Virus record (IMG/VR): IMGVR_UViG_3300005288_000008
Span: 1-42,727 of that record
From: a virus
Reading direction: 5' to 3' (one strand)
Length of the DNA stretch: 42,727 nt
Of this stretch, positions 8,045-16,831 are shown one piece after another. The notes below the pieces were generated by a model. The model saw only the letters and a list, made by a program, of their open reading frames with translations, had not been told where the DNA came from and did not search any database. Position numbers and translations under genes: made by a program. The first letter of the stretch is position 1, and the number at the start of each line of letters is the position of its first letter.

Positions 8045-8821
8045 TTATCTCCCGAGAACCGCAGTCAGCACGGATTTCTGTTTCTTGGCGCCAGCACCAT
8101 CGCCGGATTTCGGCGACTGAACGCCCTTGTCTTTCGTCCCCTGGGTCTGGCTCTTCACAGCGGGCGCTGGCTTCTTGTAGAAGCGACCCGCGTCCGTGTA
8201 GATCGTCTTGGCGATCCGGAATTTCTGGGCCGTCAACGAGAACGTCAGGGCCTTGCGCTGGTTGTCACGCGTGATCGTCACATCGTTGATCGCCATGCTT
8301 TCGTGATTGCGATACGGCATGGAGATGGTCGTGAGCTGCTTGCCGTAATGCAGCGACTCGATGAAGTCCACGAACTGTTCGCGAATCGGTTTCGACCCCG
8401 ATTTATTGCCGGTGAAGTCGCCAGGATTTTTACCAAGCGAGATCTGTTCGTTGATGCCCCTGCGACGATCTCCGGCGCTGTCCTCGACCTTGGCCGCTCG
8501 CTGATCTTGCGACGGCGTGCGCTTCGGCAGGAAGGAATTCGTCAGCCCCACGGTTGGCAGACGCTTGTCGGACTTGCTCGGCGTCGGCGCATTGAAGAAC
8601 ACGTCGGCGACATCACCGTTGATGGTGATCTTGATCGGCGCATTGATGAGGTGGTCGCCGATATAGCTGCCGTCCTCGACTACCGATGTCGGTGATGCCG
8701 TTGAGTATTGCGTCTGATCGCTTACCCTGGCGAACAGGGTAAAGCCGCCGATGCCCACCTCTTCCAGCGAGGATGAGGACAGCGCCTGATCTTCACCGAC
8801 CTTCAGTTCCTGAATGCTCAT
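8045..8821 (-). CDS. Tail protein downstream of tape measure (258 aa)
   Basis: ORF track. 4-nt overlap with the tape measure stop. Synteny only. Confidence 0.45.
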   Translation of the reverse strand: MSIQELKVGEDQALSSSSLEEVGIGGFTLFARVSDQTQYSTASPTSVVEDGSYIGDHLINAPIKITINGDVADVFFNAPTPSKSDKRLPTVGLTNSFLPKRTPSQDQRAAKVEDSAGDRRRGINEQISLGKNPGDFTGNKSGSKPIREQFVDFIESLHYGKQLTTISMPYRNHESMAINDVTITRDNQRKALTFSLTAQKFRIAKTIYTDAGRFYKKPAPAVKSQTQGTKDKGVQSPKSGDGAGAKKQKSVLTAVLGR

Positions 8822-10419
8822 CGGCCACCTCGGTTAACCTGGGTCTTGGCGGTCTTCAATTGATCCTGCAGGGCGTTATCCACGGCGGCACCTGCGGCCT
8901 TCGGATCGCTGCTCGCAATGTCGATCTTGATGTCCTGCTTGATCTGACTGTTGTTGACTGAGCTGTTGCCGGCCGGCGTCATCGCTACGGCATCGTTCGG
9001 ACTCATGCCTGGCACATCCCAAGCATCTTGCCCGCTGCCGCTTGGGAGTGGCGCTGCGTTGGCTGCCATCTCTGTGGCCGGAGATCCGCCCGAGCTGATC
9101 AAATCAACCGCCCAGTCTGGCAAGATCGAGGTAGCCGCAGATTTGATGCCGCCAAGGATCTGGCTAAACGCCGTACCGATGAAATCGAACAGGCCGAGGA
9201 AAATGTTCTTGATGCCCTCGCCGACAGAGTTGAATGCCGCCAGCAATGCGTCAAGCGCGCCCGCCCAGTTACCCTTGAACAGCTCAATGACGGCATCAAA
9301 CAGATGCCCGAACGCATCAAAGAAAGGCTGGGCGAAAGTGAGCAGCGCCGCAAACATCGCTTTGAATGCGTCAACGATACCCTGAAGCACCGGCACGATG
9401 TCCCAGCCGAAGAACTCCATGAAGAAGTCTGCGATTACGGACTGGCCGCCATCGAGAGCGGTCAGAAGATCATCAACGATAAGCAGCAGGGCAACGATAG
9501 CTGCGGTGATCAGTACGACAGGAGACAGCAGGAAAGCCATAACCGTGGCGAAACCGCCGGTTGCAAGCTGGGCGACAACGAAGGCGCCAGCCAATGCCAG
9601 GGCAATCGGCGTCATGCGCACAAAGAAACCGGCAGTTGCTTGGATGACCTCGCCGAGCCACTGAAGCCCGCCCTTGATCAGGTCTTGGTTGGCGGTCAGG
9701 AATTCAACAAAGCCATCCGTGATCTTCTGTGTGGCCGGCGCTAGGTTGATTGCGATCTGCTGGCTGAGTGCCGCCGCCGCGAACTTAGCAACACCAAGCG
9801 AATCCTGGAAGTCTGCCGCTGCTTGGGCCTGCTCAGTGGTGACAATGCCAAGCTGGCGAGCAGTGCCTATCAGGCCGTCAATCTCTTCAGTGGTGGCATT
9901 TAGGAGTTGCAGCGTCGACGGATCCAGGCCGAGCGCCGCGATAATTGATTTCTGCGTACTCTTGTCAGTGCCGAGTCTCGCAAATGATTCGCGTAACTCG
10001 TTGAACAGAACGTCCGCCGTCTTCACATTGCCGCTGGCATCCTTGACGCTGATGCCCAGCTCTTCGAAAGCCTTCTTGCCCTTGCCAAGACCGCGAGCAG
10101 CGTCACCCGAGACCTTCGAAAGTCCAGCAAGGCTTGCGCTCATTGCCTCGGCGCTCGAACCAGAAAGCTCGGCGGCAAAGCCAAGCTCCTGAATGCTCTC
10201 GACCGTGATGCCAGTTTCGGCGCTCATGTCAGTCAGGGCGTCGGCGGCCTGAGTGTTCGCCGAGACGAACGCGACAAGTCCGCCAGCGGCGCCAATCACA
10301 GCAGCGCCGAAGCCGGTCAGCAGCGCCAGGGACAGTTTCAGGTTTTCGTTGAACTCACGTTGCGGCGCGAGATCTCCGACGAAGCTGAACTTGCTGACCA
10401 ACTCATTTACGACCGCCAT
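8818..10419 (-). CDS. Tail tape measure protein (533 aa from ATG 10419)
   Basis: ORF track frame. Preferred start MAVVNELVSKF has GAGGA 5 nt upstream. Long Ala/Gly/Leu-rich helical protein with central hydrophobic segments, between chaperone and baseplate genes. Confidence 0.8.
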   Translation of the reverse strand: MAVVNELVSKFSFVGDLAPQREFNENLKLSLALLTGFGAAVIGAAGGLVAFVSANTQAADALTDMSAETGITVESIQELGFAAELSGSSAEAMSASLAGLSKVSGDAARGLGKGKKAFEELGISVKDASGNVKTADVLFNELRESFARLGTDKSTQKSIIAALGLDPSTLQLLNATTEEIDGLIGTARQLGIVTTEQAQAAADFQDSLGVAKFAAAALSQQIAINLAPATQKITDGFVEFLTANQDLIKGGLQWLGEVIQATAGFFVRMTPIALALAGAFVVAQLATGGFATVMAFLLSPVVLITAAIVALLLIVDDLLTALDGGQSVIADFFMEFFGWDIVPVLQGIVDAFKAMFAALLTFAQPFFDAFGHLFDAVIELFKGNWAGALDALLAAFNSVGEGIKNIFLGLFDFIGTAFSQILGGIKSAATSILPDWAVDLISSGGSPATEMAANAAPLPSGSGQDAWDVPGMSPNDAVAMTPAGNSSVNNSQIKQDIKIDIASSDPKAAGAAVDNALQDQLKTAKTQVNRGGR

Positions 10420-10651
10420 CGGGATTCCTCGATTTATACGCCTGGATCTCGGCGGTGATTTGTTCGAACTCGATAGCGTCCAAAAACTCTGGTGTATCCA
10501 TCGCCTCGATTTCGGCCAGGCTGCCATACCCGGCCTTCACCAATGCGAACATCGCCATGCGCTCGCCGCTTACATTGGTTTCTCGGATGAGGTCTTCGCT
10601 GGCTCCCCTACTTGGGATGCTGAGGCGATACCTGCGGCGCGAGTAAAAGGG
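10403..10651 (-). CDS. -1 frame extension ORF of the tail assembly chaperone (G/GT- or E/E'-like)
   Basis: The -1 frame stays open across the chaperone 3' end and stops at 10403-10405. It encodes ...MAMFALVKAGYGSLAEIEAMDTPEFLDAIEFEQITAEIQAYKSRNPDGGRK. An in-frame slippery heptamer C CCU UUU lies at 10645-10651. An alternative, U UUG GGG, lies at 10663-10669. Confidence 0.4.
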   Translation of the reverse strand, partial: PFYSRRRYRLSIPSRGASEDLIRETNVSGERMAMFALVKAGYGSLAEIEAMDTPEFLDAIEFEQITAEIQAYKSRNPDGGRK

Positions 10652-10986
10652 TAGGAGATCACCCCCAAAGACGTAGCCACAAGCTGCACGTAGTCCTCCG
10701 GGAATTCATCCCAGTGATCACGCGCCTTATTCAAGGCCACGCCATCAAACGAGATGTTCGACCACATGACTTCTTCGACTGCCGCGTACTGCGGAGTGTC
10801 GAGGAATTCCATGTTGTCGGCGCGCAGTTGAGGCGCGATAGACGTGTAGAACGCGAACACCTTGCGGCGCTGAACGTGTGTCATCTTGTGGAACTTGTAC
10901 TTGCGACCATTGATTTCGGCCTCGCCGTCTTCGTAGACGGCGCGAACCATGGCGACTGCTTTTTCCCGTTGCTCCTGCATACCCAT
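10570..10986 (-). CDS. Tail assembly chaperone (138 aa)
   Basis: ORF track. Sits between the tube and tape measure genes and carries the overlapping -1 ORF. Confidence 0.6.
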   Translation of the reverse strand: MGMQEQREKAVAMVRAVYEDGEAEINGRKYKFHKMTHVQRRKVFAFYTSIAPQLRADNMEFLDTPQYAAVEEVMWSNISFDGVALNKARDHWDEFPEDYVQLVATSLGVISYPFTRAAGIASASQVGEPAKTSSEKPM

Positions 10987-10989
10987 AGC

Positions 10990-11421
10990 TTACAGACTCC
11001 GCTTGGCGGTACGGAACTGGATGGTGTATTCCACCATTGCATTGCCGTCTTGGTTGTTTTTGGTTTCGGTTGGCTGAGTAGTAATACTTCCGCCATCCAG
11101 GTTCCAGCTTTCAACGCCAGCCTGTCCGTCCTTGGTGTAGGACTCTTTAGCAGACCCCTCAATCAAGGTTGCGCCCTGAGCATTGAGGATGCCGACCATG
11201 AATACATCGTCGTCGCTGTACTTCTGAACGCTAAACACAAGATCCTTAACGTCCTTGTCTACGCGCTCGGAGATGGTTACCCCGCCCGCCGCTGAGTTCA
11301 CTCTGGAGGTAGCGGCGTTCGGCGGCGTCAGCGACAGGTAGTCGCCTTCTACAAAGCTCTTGAAGGTGTAGTCATTCAGGATCAGCGAACCGCTGTCCAT
11401 CGAGATGGTGATAACACTCAT
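10990..11421 (-). CDS. Tail tube protein (143 aa)
   Basis: ORF track. Immediately downstream of the sheath gene; size is typical (DUF3277-like tube of Bcep781-type myoviruses). Confidence 0.65.
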   Translation of the reverse strand: MSVITISMDSGSLILNDYTFKSFVEGDYLSLTPPNAATSRVNSAAGGVTISERVDKDVKDLVFSVQKYSDDDVFMVGILNAQGATLIEGSAKESYTKDGQAGVESWNLDGGSITTQPTETKNNQDGNAMVEYTIQFRTAKRSL

Positions 11422-11432
11422 TGGTCAGCCCC

Positions 11433-12935
11433 TTACAGGTTGAAATTGATGATGATGTCGACCGAGTGAATCGCACCGGCATTCTTCACGGCGCCCTGAA
11501 GCACTGGAGATTTGCGCGCCGCACGATCCGCTTGAGGCTGATCACGCAACAGGCCAGCCAGCCAGTAGAAGCCGAACTGCTCGATGTTGCGATTGAACGT
11601 GTCGATGTTGCCGAAACTGTCAGGGCTAGACCAAGTGCCTGGGCCGAAGACGTTGGCGCGAACGAAGCCACGCGAGGTCTTCTCGGCGGTCGCCACCAGC
11701 TTGTTCACGTCACGGGTGATCTGCGCCAGCTTGGTGCCGGTAGCCTTCAGGACGTTGAACATGTCGGTCTGAATGGCGTCGATGAAAGCGATCAGGTTGT
11801 ACACGTTATCGACGAAATCATTGGCGCCGCTGGCCAGCACGACTGGCGTGTCTTTGATAGTCGTGTAAACGTCCAGGCCCACGCGCTTGGCCGAGTCGAT
11901 CTCGGTCTGTTCGTAAGATTCAGCAGGGACGCTCAATTCCTTGAGGTTCATCGTAATCGCCGAGTTCTCGGCGTTGAAGTTCACGGTGTGCGTGCGCGCC
12001 ATGTAGCTGGCTGCATACAGGCGGTTGCCGGACTTGCTGTACAGGCAGCGGAAGCTTGACTGACTGGCCAGCTTGACCGCCCAAACAGGGTTGGATGCGC
12101 CAACAGTAAAATAGCTGGAGCCGGTGAAGACGTTGTAGATGATGGTCTGATTGGCGCCAGCCCATGCGGCCAGAGTCGGAACCTCGGCGTCCAGTACCAG
12201 ATCCGTGAAGACCGCGCCCTTGATATTCACCAGAGCCTTCAGTGCGCTGATCGATTGCACCTTGGTTTCGATTGGTAGAACGACCGATGCAGCGCCTTGG
12301 GTCAGCGTGCCGCCAGTGCCATTGGACATGGTCAGCAAGCCGCCAATGAAGGTGCCGGCGGGGCCGGGAGTCATGTAAGTCAGCAAGCTGGTTGCGCCGG
12401 TAGTCGAACTGGTCACGGTCAGATAACCGTTATTGTGCGAGACCACCGCGCCAGTGATGGCGGTATCGAGGATCGCGGCAACCGCATCCAGGGTAGTGGC
12501 CGCGCTGAAGTCCAGAGATGCAGCAACAACCGGAGTCGCGTCAACGGTGATGTTGAAGCTGCCGTCGGTGATGGTCTGAAGCTGGGATATAAGCGTGGAC
12601 TCGACGAGCTGAGTGCTTTTCAGGGTCGCAGCGGTAGCCGGAACAGTCTCAGCAACGGCACGATGCAGGCCGATAATCAGCTCGCCTCCGAAGTTGATCG
12701 GGTTTGGCTTGGTGTCGAAGATCGTCTGCGCGTATTGAGTGGTGATCGAGGCCGTACCAAAGTCGGCCTCTACCGCAGCGGCATCACGATAGCTGCGGAA
12801 ACGCTCCGCGCTGGTGATCACGCCGGGTTCGCTGGTCAGTACCGCGACGGTGTTCATGTTGTCGCGTGCGGCTTGACGTCCTTCGGGAATCAGCGCGACG
12901 TTGACCACGTTCGTGATGCTTGCGTTATTGCTCAT
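11433..12935 (-). CDS. Contractile tail sheath protein (500 aa, DUF3383-like)
   Basis: ORF track. Large protein directly upstream of the tube gene, the canonical sheath-tube-chaperone-TMP order. Confidence 0.7.
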   Translation of the reverse strand: MSNNASITNVVNVALIPEGRQAARDNMNTVAVLTSEPGVITSAERFRSYRDAAAVEADFGTASITTQYAQTIFDTKPNPINFGGELIIGLHRAVAETVPATAATLKSTQLVESTLISQLQTITDGSFNITVDATPVVAASLDFSAATTLDAVAAILDTAITGAVVSHNNGYLTVTSSTTGATSLLTYMTPGPAGTFIGGLLTMSNGTGGTLTQGAASVVLPIETKVQSISALKALVNIKGAVFTDLVLDAEVPTLAAWAGANQTIIYNVFTGSSYFTVGASNPVWAVKLASQSSFRCLYSKSGNRLYAASYMARTHTVNFNAENSAITMNLKELSVPAESYEQTEIDSAKRVGLDVYTTIKDTPVVLASGANDFVDNVYNLIAFIDAIQTDMFNVLKATGTKLAQITRDVNKLVATAEKTSRGFVRANVFGPGTWSSPDSFGNIDTFNRNIEQFGFYWLAGLLRDQPQADRAARKSPVLQGAVKNAGAIHSVDIIINFNL

Positions 12936-13431
12936 AGATCAAACCTCGTTCGCCGATTATGCGAAGTTGTGCGATGTCGATACGCAGTATATCAACAATC
13001 ACCGAAGGGCTGTAGTGGACTTGGCATTCTAGTTGCATGCGTTCGCCGTACTGCTGGCCGGTCAGTTGCTTGACGTTGGTCGCTGCGCCTGGATGGAAAA
13101 CGGTTATGTTCAGTTCGCTTTGTAAATCAAGCGATAGCTCGGATCTGGCCAGCAGCCTGAAGTTGCTGCAAAGCGTTGCGGCGGTCGGGCCGTAGAAGTC
13201 GAACGTGAAGGCTCGCGACACAAGCTCGACGTAGCGCATGCGCTCGGTGTCGCCGTCGTAATTTGCCGAGCTGGCCAGCGGAACGTCGCCGGACAGTGAG
13301 TCGACCACGATGTATGGCTGTTCGAATTCCTGGCGGTTAAAGTTTACGCGGCCAGCCTTGATGAACTCTTCTGGATGCGGGAGAAGGTCGCGCACGAAGC
13401 GCTGAAGCTGAATCAGGATTGGCTCTGTCAT
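12925..13431 (-). CDS. Neck/tail completion protein (168 aa)
   Basis: ORF track. Overlaps both neighbours. Position lies between the connector genes and the sheath. Confidence 0.4.
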   Translation of the reverse strand: MTEPILIQLQRFVRDLLPHPEEFIKAGRVNFNRQEFEQPYIVVDSLSGDVPLASSANYDGDTERMRYVELVSRAFTFDFYGPTAATLCSNFRLLARSELSLDLQSELNITVFHPGAATNVKQLTGQQYGERMQLECQVHYSPSVIVDILRIDIAQLRIIGERGLIYEQ

Positions 13432-13775
13432 GGTGTCGGCACCAGCAGCGGAAGTTTCGTTTCTTCGCCGACAGCCTCAGTGTAGCCGTACTGGCCGTAG
13501 CCCTTGCGGAACGGCACCAGCTTGAAGTCACGACCAAGCCATTCGACGTATTGGCCGATAGCCATTGGCGAGACACTGTGAATCTGGATGTACTCAAGGG
13601 AGAAATCGATCTGCTCGACCTTGAGCTTTTCCGGGTCTGCCGGCTGGACGACGGCCATGATGTTGGCGCCGACAATGGTAACGGTAGGCACGAAGTCTAC
13701 AGTCGTTTCGCTGACGGTTTTCAGCAAGACAGGCTGCGACCATTCAGTCAGGACTTCGGACATGTCAGGGAGCAT
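13428..13775 (-). CDS. Head-tail connector protein (115 aa)
   Basis: ORF track. Translationally coupled within the connector block. Confidence 0.4.
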   Translation of the reverse strand: MLPDMSEVLTEWSQPVLLKTVSETTVDFVPTVTIVGANIMAVVQPADPEKLKVEQIDFSLEYIQIHSVSPMAIGQYVEWLGRDFKLVPFRKGYGQYGYTEAVGEETKLPLLVPTP

Positions 13776-14254
13776 TATTCAACCACCCAAGTAATGGAGT
13801 TCCGGAGCAGACCGGTGTCAATCAGAATACCAGAAGATCCCTTGGCATCCTTGGTTGATTGCTTGATGTCTGGCCACTGGCCGTAACCCTGGGTCTTGAA
13901 TGCGCCTACGCTAATGTTGCGCGCCATCAGGCCAACACGACCAAGAGCGATCTCGACATCAAGGCCCTTCTCAAGGACAAGCTTGAACTGGCCGTCGATG
14001 ACTTTCTTCAGGTCTGATTGCTTTTCAATGAATGGAGCGCGGAGAAAGGATCGCATAGGCACGAACTGGGTGCCGTATTCATGCCAGATGCCAACTTCCA
14101 GGACGGTCGGGGCAGTCTTATCGCCGTCTGATTTGTAGGCTTTGCTGGTAGCAGTCGAACTTTCAGGCAGCCCGACCTTTACCACGGCATTCTTTGCGCG
14201 CTCCATGGCCTTGAGCTGTTTTTGCGCCAGCTCCAAGACCTGTTTCGGAGTCAT
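13775..14254 (-). CDS. HK97 gp10-like head-tail joining protein (159 aa)
   Basis: ORF track. The motifs ...FVPMRSFLRAPF... and ...DTGLLRNSITWVV are characteristic of the HK97 gp10 family. Confidence 0.55.
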   Translation of the reverse strand: MTPKQVLELAQKQLKAMERAKNAVVKVGLPESSTATSKAYKSDGDKTAPTVLEVGIWHEYGTQFVPMRSFLRAPFIEKQSDLKKVIDGQFKLVLEKGLDVEIALGRVGLMARNISVGAFKTQGYGQWPDIKQSTKDAKGSSGILIDTGLLRNSITWVVE

Positions 14255-14604
14255 ACAAAGCGCGCCCCGGTACGGCGACCACCACTGAGAATCCAGTAGG
14301 TCTGCCCATAGCGGTTGGAGTTGAACCAGGAGGCGAGGTTGCTGCTCTGGCTGGCCGAGGCTTCATAGGAAACCGAGACGCTGCCAACCGACTTGCTGGC
14401 GACGTTGCGAGCCGACCCTGAGCCTGGCGCAGCAGCATTCGTGAGCAAGAAAGCGATCAGGTTGAGGATCGCCTCCCTGTTCTTGGGGTTGTCGTCGTAT
14501 TGAAGGCAGGTATAAGCAGGCCAGGTCGACGCGATGGCTTCAACCCACAAAATCGGTGGAACCGCTGTTGCGAATCGGGCTTCGAAGTCGGTCTGGATAC
14601 TCAT
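14251..14604 (-). CDS. Head-tail adaptor (DUF4054-like, 117 aa)
   Basis: ORF track. First gene of the connector block after the capsid region. Called on synteny with weak motif recall. Confidence 0.4.
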   Translation of the reverse strand: MSIQTDFEARFATAVPPILWVEAIASTWPAYTCLQYDDNPKNREAILNLIAFLLTNAAAPGSGSARNVASKSVGSVSVSYEASASQSSNLASWFNSNRYGQTYWILSGGRRTGARFV

Positions 14605-14613
14605 TATTTTACC

Positions 14614-14799
14614 TTATGCGAGTTTGGCGCGAACCAGACAATCTTTTGCTTCGAGCAATTTACGAAGCCCTGCGGATTTCTCGGCGCCATCGGGCAGCGA
14701 TTCATCCATCAGCTTCGCAAGATCGCCAATAGGCTTGCTCACTTCCTGCAAGTGCGGCGGAAGATGAGCGTACTCGAAGTATTTCATAATTGGCGTCAT
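14614..14799 (-). CDS. Small helical hypothetical protein (61 aa)
   Basis: ORF track. MTPIMKYFEYAHLPPHLQEVSKPIGDLAKLMDESLPDGAEKSAGLRKLLEAKDCLVRAKLA, wedged between the head and connector genes. Confidence 0.45.
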   Translation of the reverse strand: MTPIMKYFEYAHLPPHLQEVSKPIGDLAKLMDESLPDGAEKSAGLRKLLEAKDCLVRAKLA

Positions 14800-14800
14800 G

Positions 14801-15310
14801 TCATTTTACCTTGATCAGGCCGAGGGTTTTGGCGCGTTCAACCTTGGCGTAGAAGCGCGGATCCGCCAGTTGCGCGGCGGTCAGCGTTGCTTCGCCGTAG
14901 CTGGCCAAGCCGAGTACCTTCATCGGGTTGGCTTGAAGGTTGATGATAACCACCGAGCCGTCATCCTGAGATGCGTCGAAGCGCGCCTGGATTTCGGCTT
15001 CGATTTCGGCATCAGCAGCAGCCTTTGCTACTGGATCGAACTCTGGCTCTGTCACAGGGCTGATGATCGGATCGCCGAATGCAGCGGCAACGCCAGCGCT
15101 AACTTCTGGCTCAACAGGATCGGTCACGGCTTTTGGCTCTACAACAGGCGCAGGCTCAACCACGACCGGCTCAACATCCGGTTGCGCAGCCCCTTCAGGC
15201 TCAGGCTCTTCAGCCAGTTTTTTGTCGATCTCTGCCTGGAGCCGCTCAGCACTCCAGCGTCCATCAACCTTGATACCCAATTCTTCCGCTTGCTTCTTGA
15301 GTTCGTCCAC
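14801..15310 (-). CDS. Head-region protein with N-terminal HeH/SAP-like motif and acidic Pro/Glu/Val linker (169 aa)
   Basis: ORF track. ELKKQAEELGIKVDGRWSAERLQAEI resembles HeH/Rho-N type helix-extension-helix. Followed by low-complexity EPEPEGAAQPDVEPVVVEPAPVVEP. Confidence 0.5.
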   Translation of the reverse strand: MDELKKQAEELGIKVDGRWSAERLQAEIDKKLAEEPEPEGAAQPDVEPVVVEPAPVVEPKAVTDPVEPEVSAGVAAAFGDPIISPVTEPEFDPVAKAAADAEIEAEIQARFDASQDDGSVVIINLQANPMKVLGLASYGEATLTAAQLADPRFYAKVERAKTLGLIKVK

Positions 15311-15356
15311 GACAAACCCTCCAAAATAGGCGGCGCATCCTTGCGCCTAGGGAAAA

Positions 15357-16340
15357 TCAGAGGCCGGTCAAAGTGGCAGCAGCGCCATCTTCGATCACGT
15401 CCAGGCCCGCGATGGAGAAGTACGACTCCATGTAATACTTGAAGCCGCGCTGGTCGATGCTGGAGATTTCCAGCGGAACCGGCAGGCGGAACTGCATGGC
15501 GCGACGGTTGCGCGAGAACGCCACGGTTACCGAGGTCACGGCAGCGTTGCCCGCTTCAGCCTGATTGGTCATGCCGAAGGTGATGCCTGGGAAGTTGTCC
15601 TGCAAAGCGCGCAGCACGCTGGACGAACCGGCGGCAGAGTTCAGGATCTTCGTAGTGGCGATGTTGTACACCGACCAAGGCATGGTCACATGGTCAGCCA
15701 TGTAGGCTGGCACGTTGAACACGTTGGCCCATTGACGGTTGATCAGGCCGGCGATCTCGTCGTACAACTCTTGGCTGGTCAGCGCGGAGGCCAGACCGGC
15801 AGAGGTGTCGGTGTCCCAGCCGGTATAGTTCAGCAGACCGCGAGTCTTGAACGTGCCGTTCGAACGAACCTGGCCGATGTAGCCGATGGCGTCGATCTTG
15901 CGGTTGTACAGCTCGTTGTGCGCTTCCATGAATCGGCTTGGCAGGTTGATGTTTTGCAGCTCGGCTTTCTTCAGCTCGATTTCAGACCAATCCGACTCGG
16001 CATCCATGGTGAAAACCGGGATGTTGTCGTCTTCACCTTCCAGCGTGATCTTGCCGGTGGTGTTGGTGTTGGTGCCGGCTTCGCGGAAGTCACCGGCGAT
16101 GGCCAACTTGATCTTCTTGATCGTGTCGGCATAACCGCCTTCGTTGTTGACCACGACGCCTTGCTGCAAGAACGTCAGCTCAGGATATTCCTGAGTGAAA
16201 ATCTCGGTGCTGAGGTGTTCCAGGTTGCGAGCCAGGATGATGCCGCCGGCATCGGTAAACTTCTTGGCGTGCGCGGCCTTGTCTTCAAAAGACTTGATGT
16301 TGTACAGCTTGAACGGATCAGGCTTGATAATTTTGCTCAT
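15357..16340 (-). CDS. Major capsid protein (327 aa, DUF2184-like)
   Basis: ORF track. Follows the protease/scaffold gene and a 161-aa head protein. Strong codon-bias shadow ORF on the opposite strand. Size is typical. Confidence 0.7.
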   Translation of the reverse strand: MSKIIKPDPFKLYNIKSFEDKAAHAKKFTDAGGIILARNLEHLSTEIFTQEYPELTFLQQGVVVNNEGGYADTIKKIKLAIAGDFREAGTNTNTTGKITLEGEDDNIPVFTMDAESDWSEIELKKAELQNINLPSRFMEAHNELYNRKIDAIGYIGQVRSNGTFKTRGLLNYTGWDTDTSAGLASALTSQELYDEIAGLINRQWANVFNVPAYMADHVTMPWSVYNIATTKILNSAAGSSSVLRALQDNFPGITFGMTNQAEAGNAAVTSVTVAFSRNRRAMQFRLPVPLEISSIDQRGFKYYMESYFSIAGLDVIEDGAAATLTGL

Positions 16341-16343
16341 GAC

Positions 16344-16829
16344 TTAAACCCCGGTCAGATATTTTGGAATCAGGACGAGCCAGCAGCCGGGGCGTTTCGG
16401 CTCCCAGAATACCGCGCCTGGCACGGCGACGTTGTTGGTTGCGGTTTCGCTCGCCTTGCCGAGGTTGGCGCCAGCGGTGTTCACGGCGTAGACCTGCTGG
16501 AAGCGAGCCGGAGTATCGCCAGCCAAGACTTCGACGGTCACGAAACCGAAGTTCACGATCTCGGCAACTTGGTCTGGCGCGATGCCAAGCTTGGTGTAGG
16601 TCAGGTTTTCCAGCGCGCTGGAAATCTTGCGGCGAACAACGCCAGCGATCAGCGGAGTAGCCGAGGTGTCGAGCAGATCAATGGAGCCGGCGTCGTACTT
16701 GACAAAACGGCCAGGGATCAAGCCTTCTTCCCAGACGTCGAACGCCGAGCAGTTGTAGGGCGATGCAGCGATGAACTCGCCAGGCATCAGGTCTGGTGGC
16801 GTTACCACAACAGCTTCGTTAAAGGCCAT
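16344..16829 (-). CDS. Head-associated protein between scaffold/protease and capsid genes (161 aa)
   Basis: ORF track. 3-nt gaps to both neighbours. Function (decoration or cement) inferred only from position. Confidence 0.45.
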   Translation of the reverse strand: MAFNEAVVVTPPDLMPGEFIAASPYNCSAFDVWEEGLIPGRFVKYDAGSIDLLDTSATPLIAGVVRRKISSALENLTYTKLGIAPDQVAEIVNFGFVTVEVLAGDTPARFQQVYAVNTAGANLGKASETATNNVAVPGAVFWEPKRPGCWLVLIPKYLTGV

Positions 16830-16831
16830 GA

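Noticed and set aside
10420-10527. 36-codon N-terminal extension of the tape measure ORF (start at 10527)
   Set aside because: The extension (MAAWPKSRRWIHQSFWTLSSSNKSPPRSRRINRGIP) is basic low-complexity sequence overlapping the better-looking -1 chaperone extension frame. ATG 10419 has a GAGGA site and a typical TMP N-terminus.
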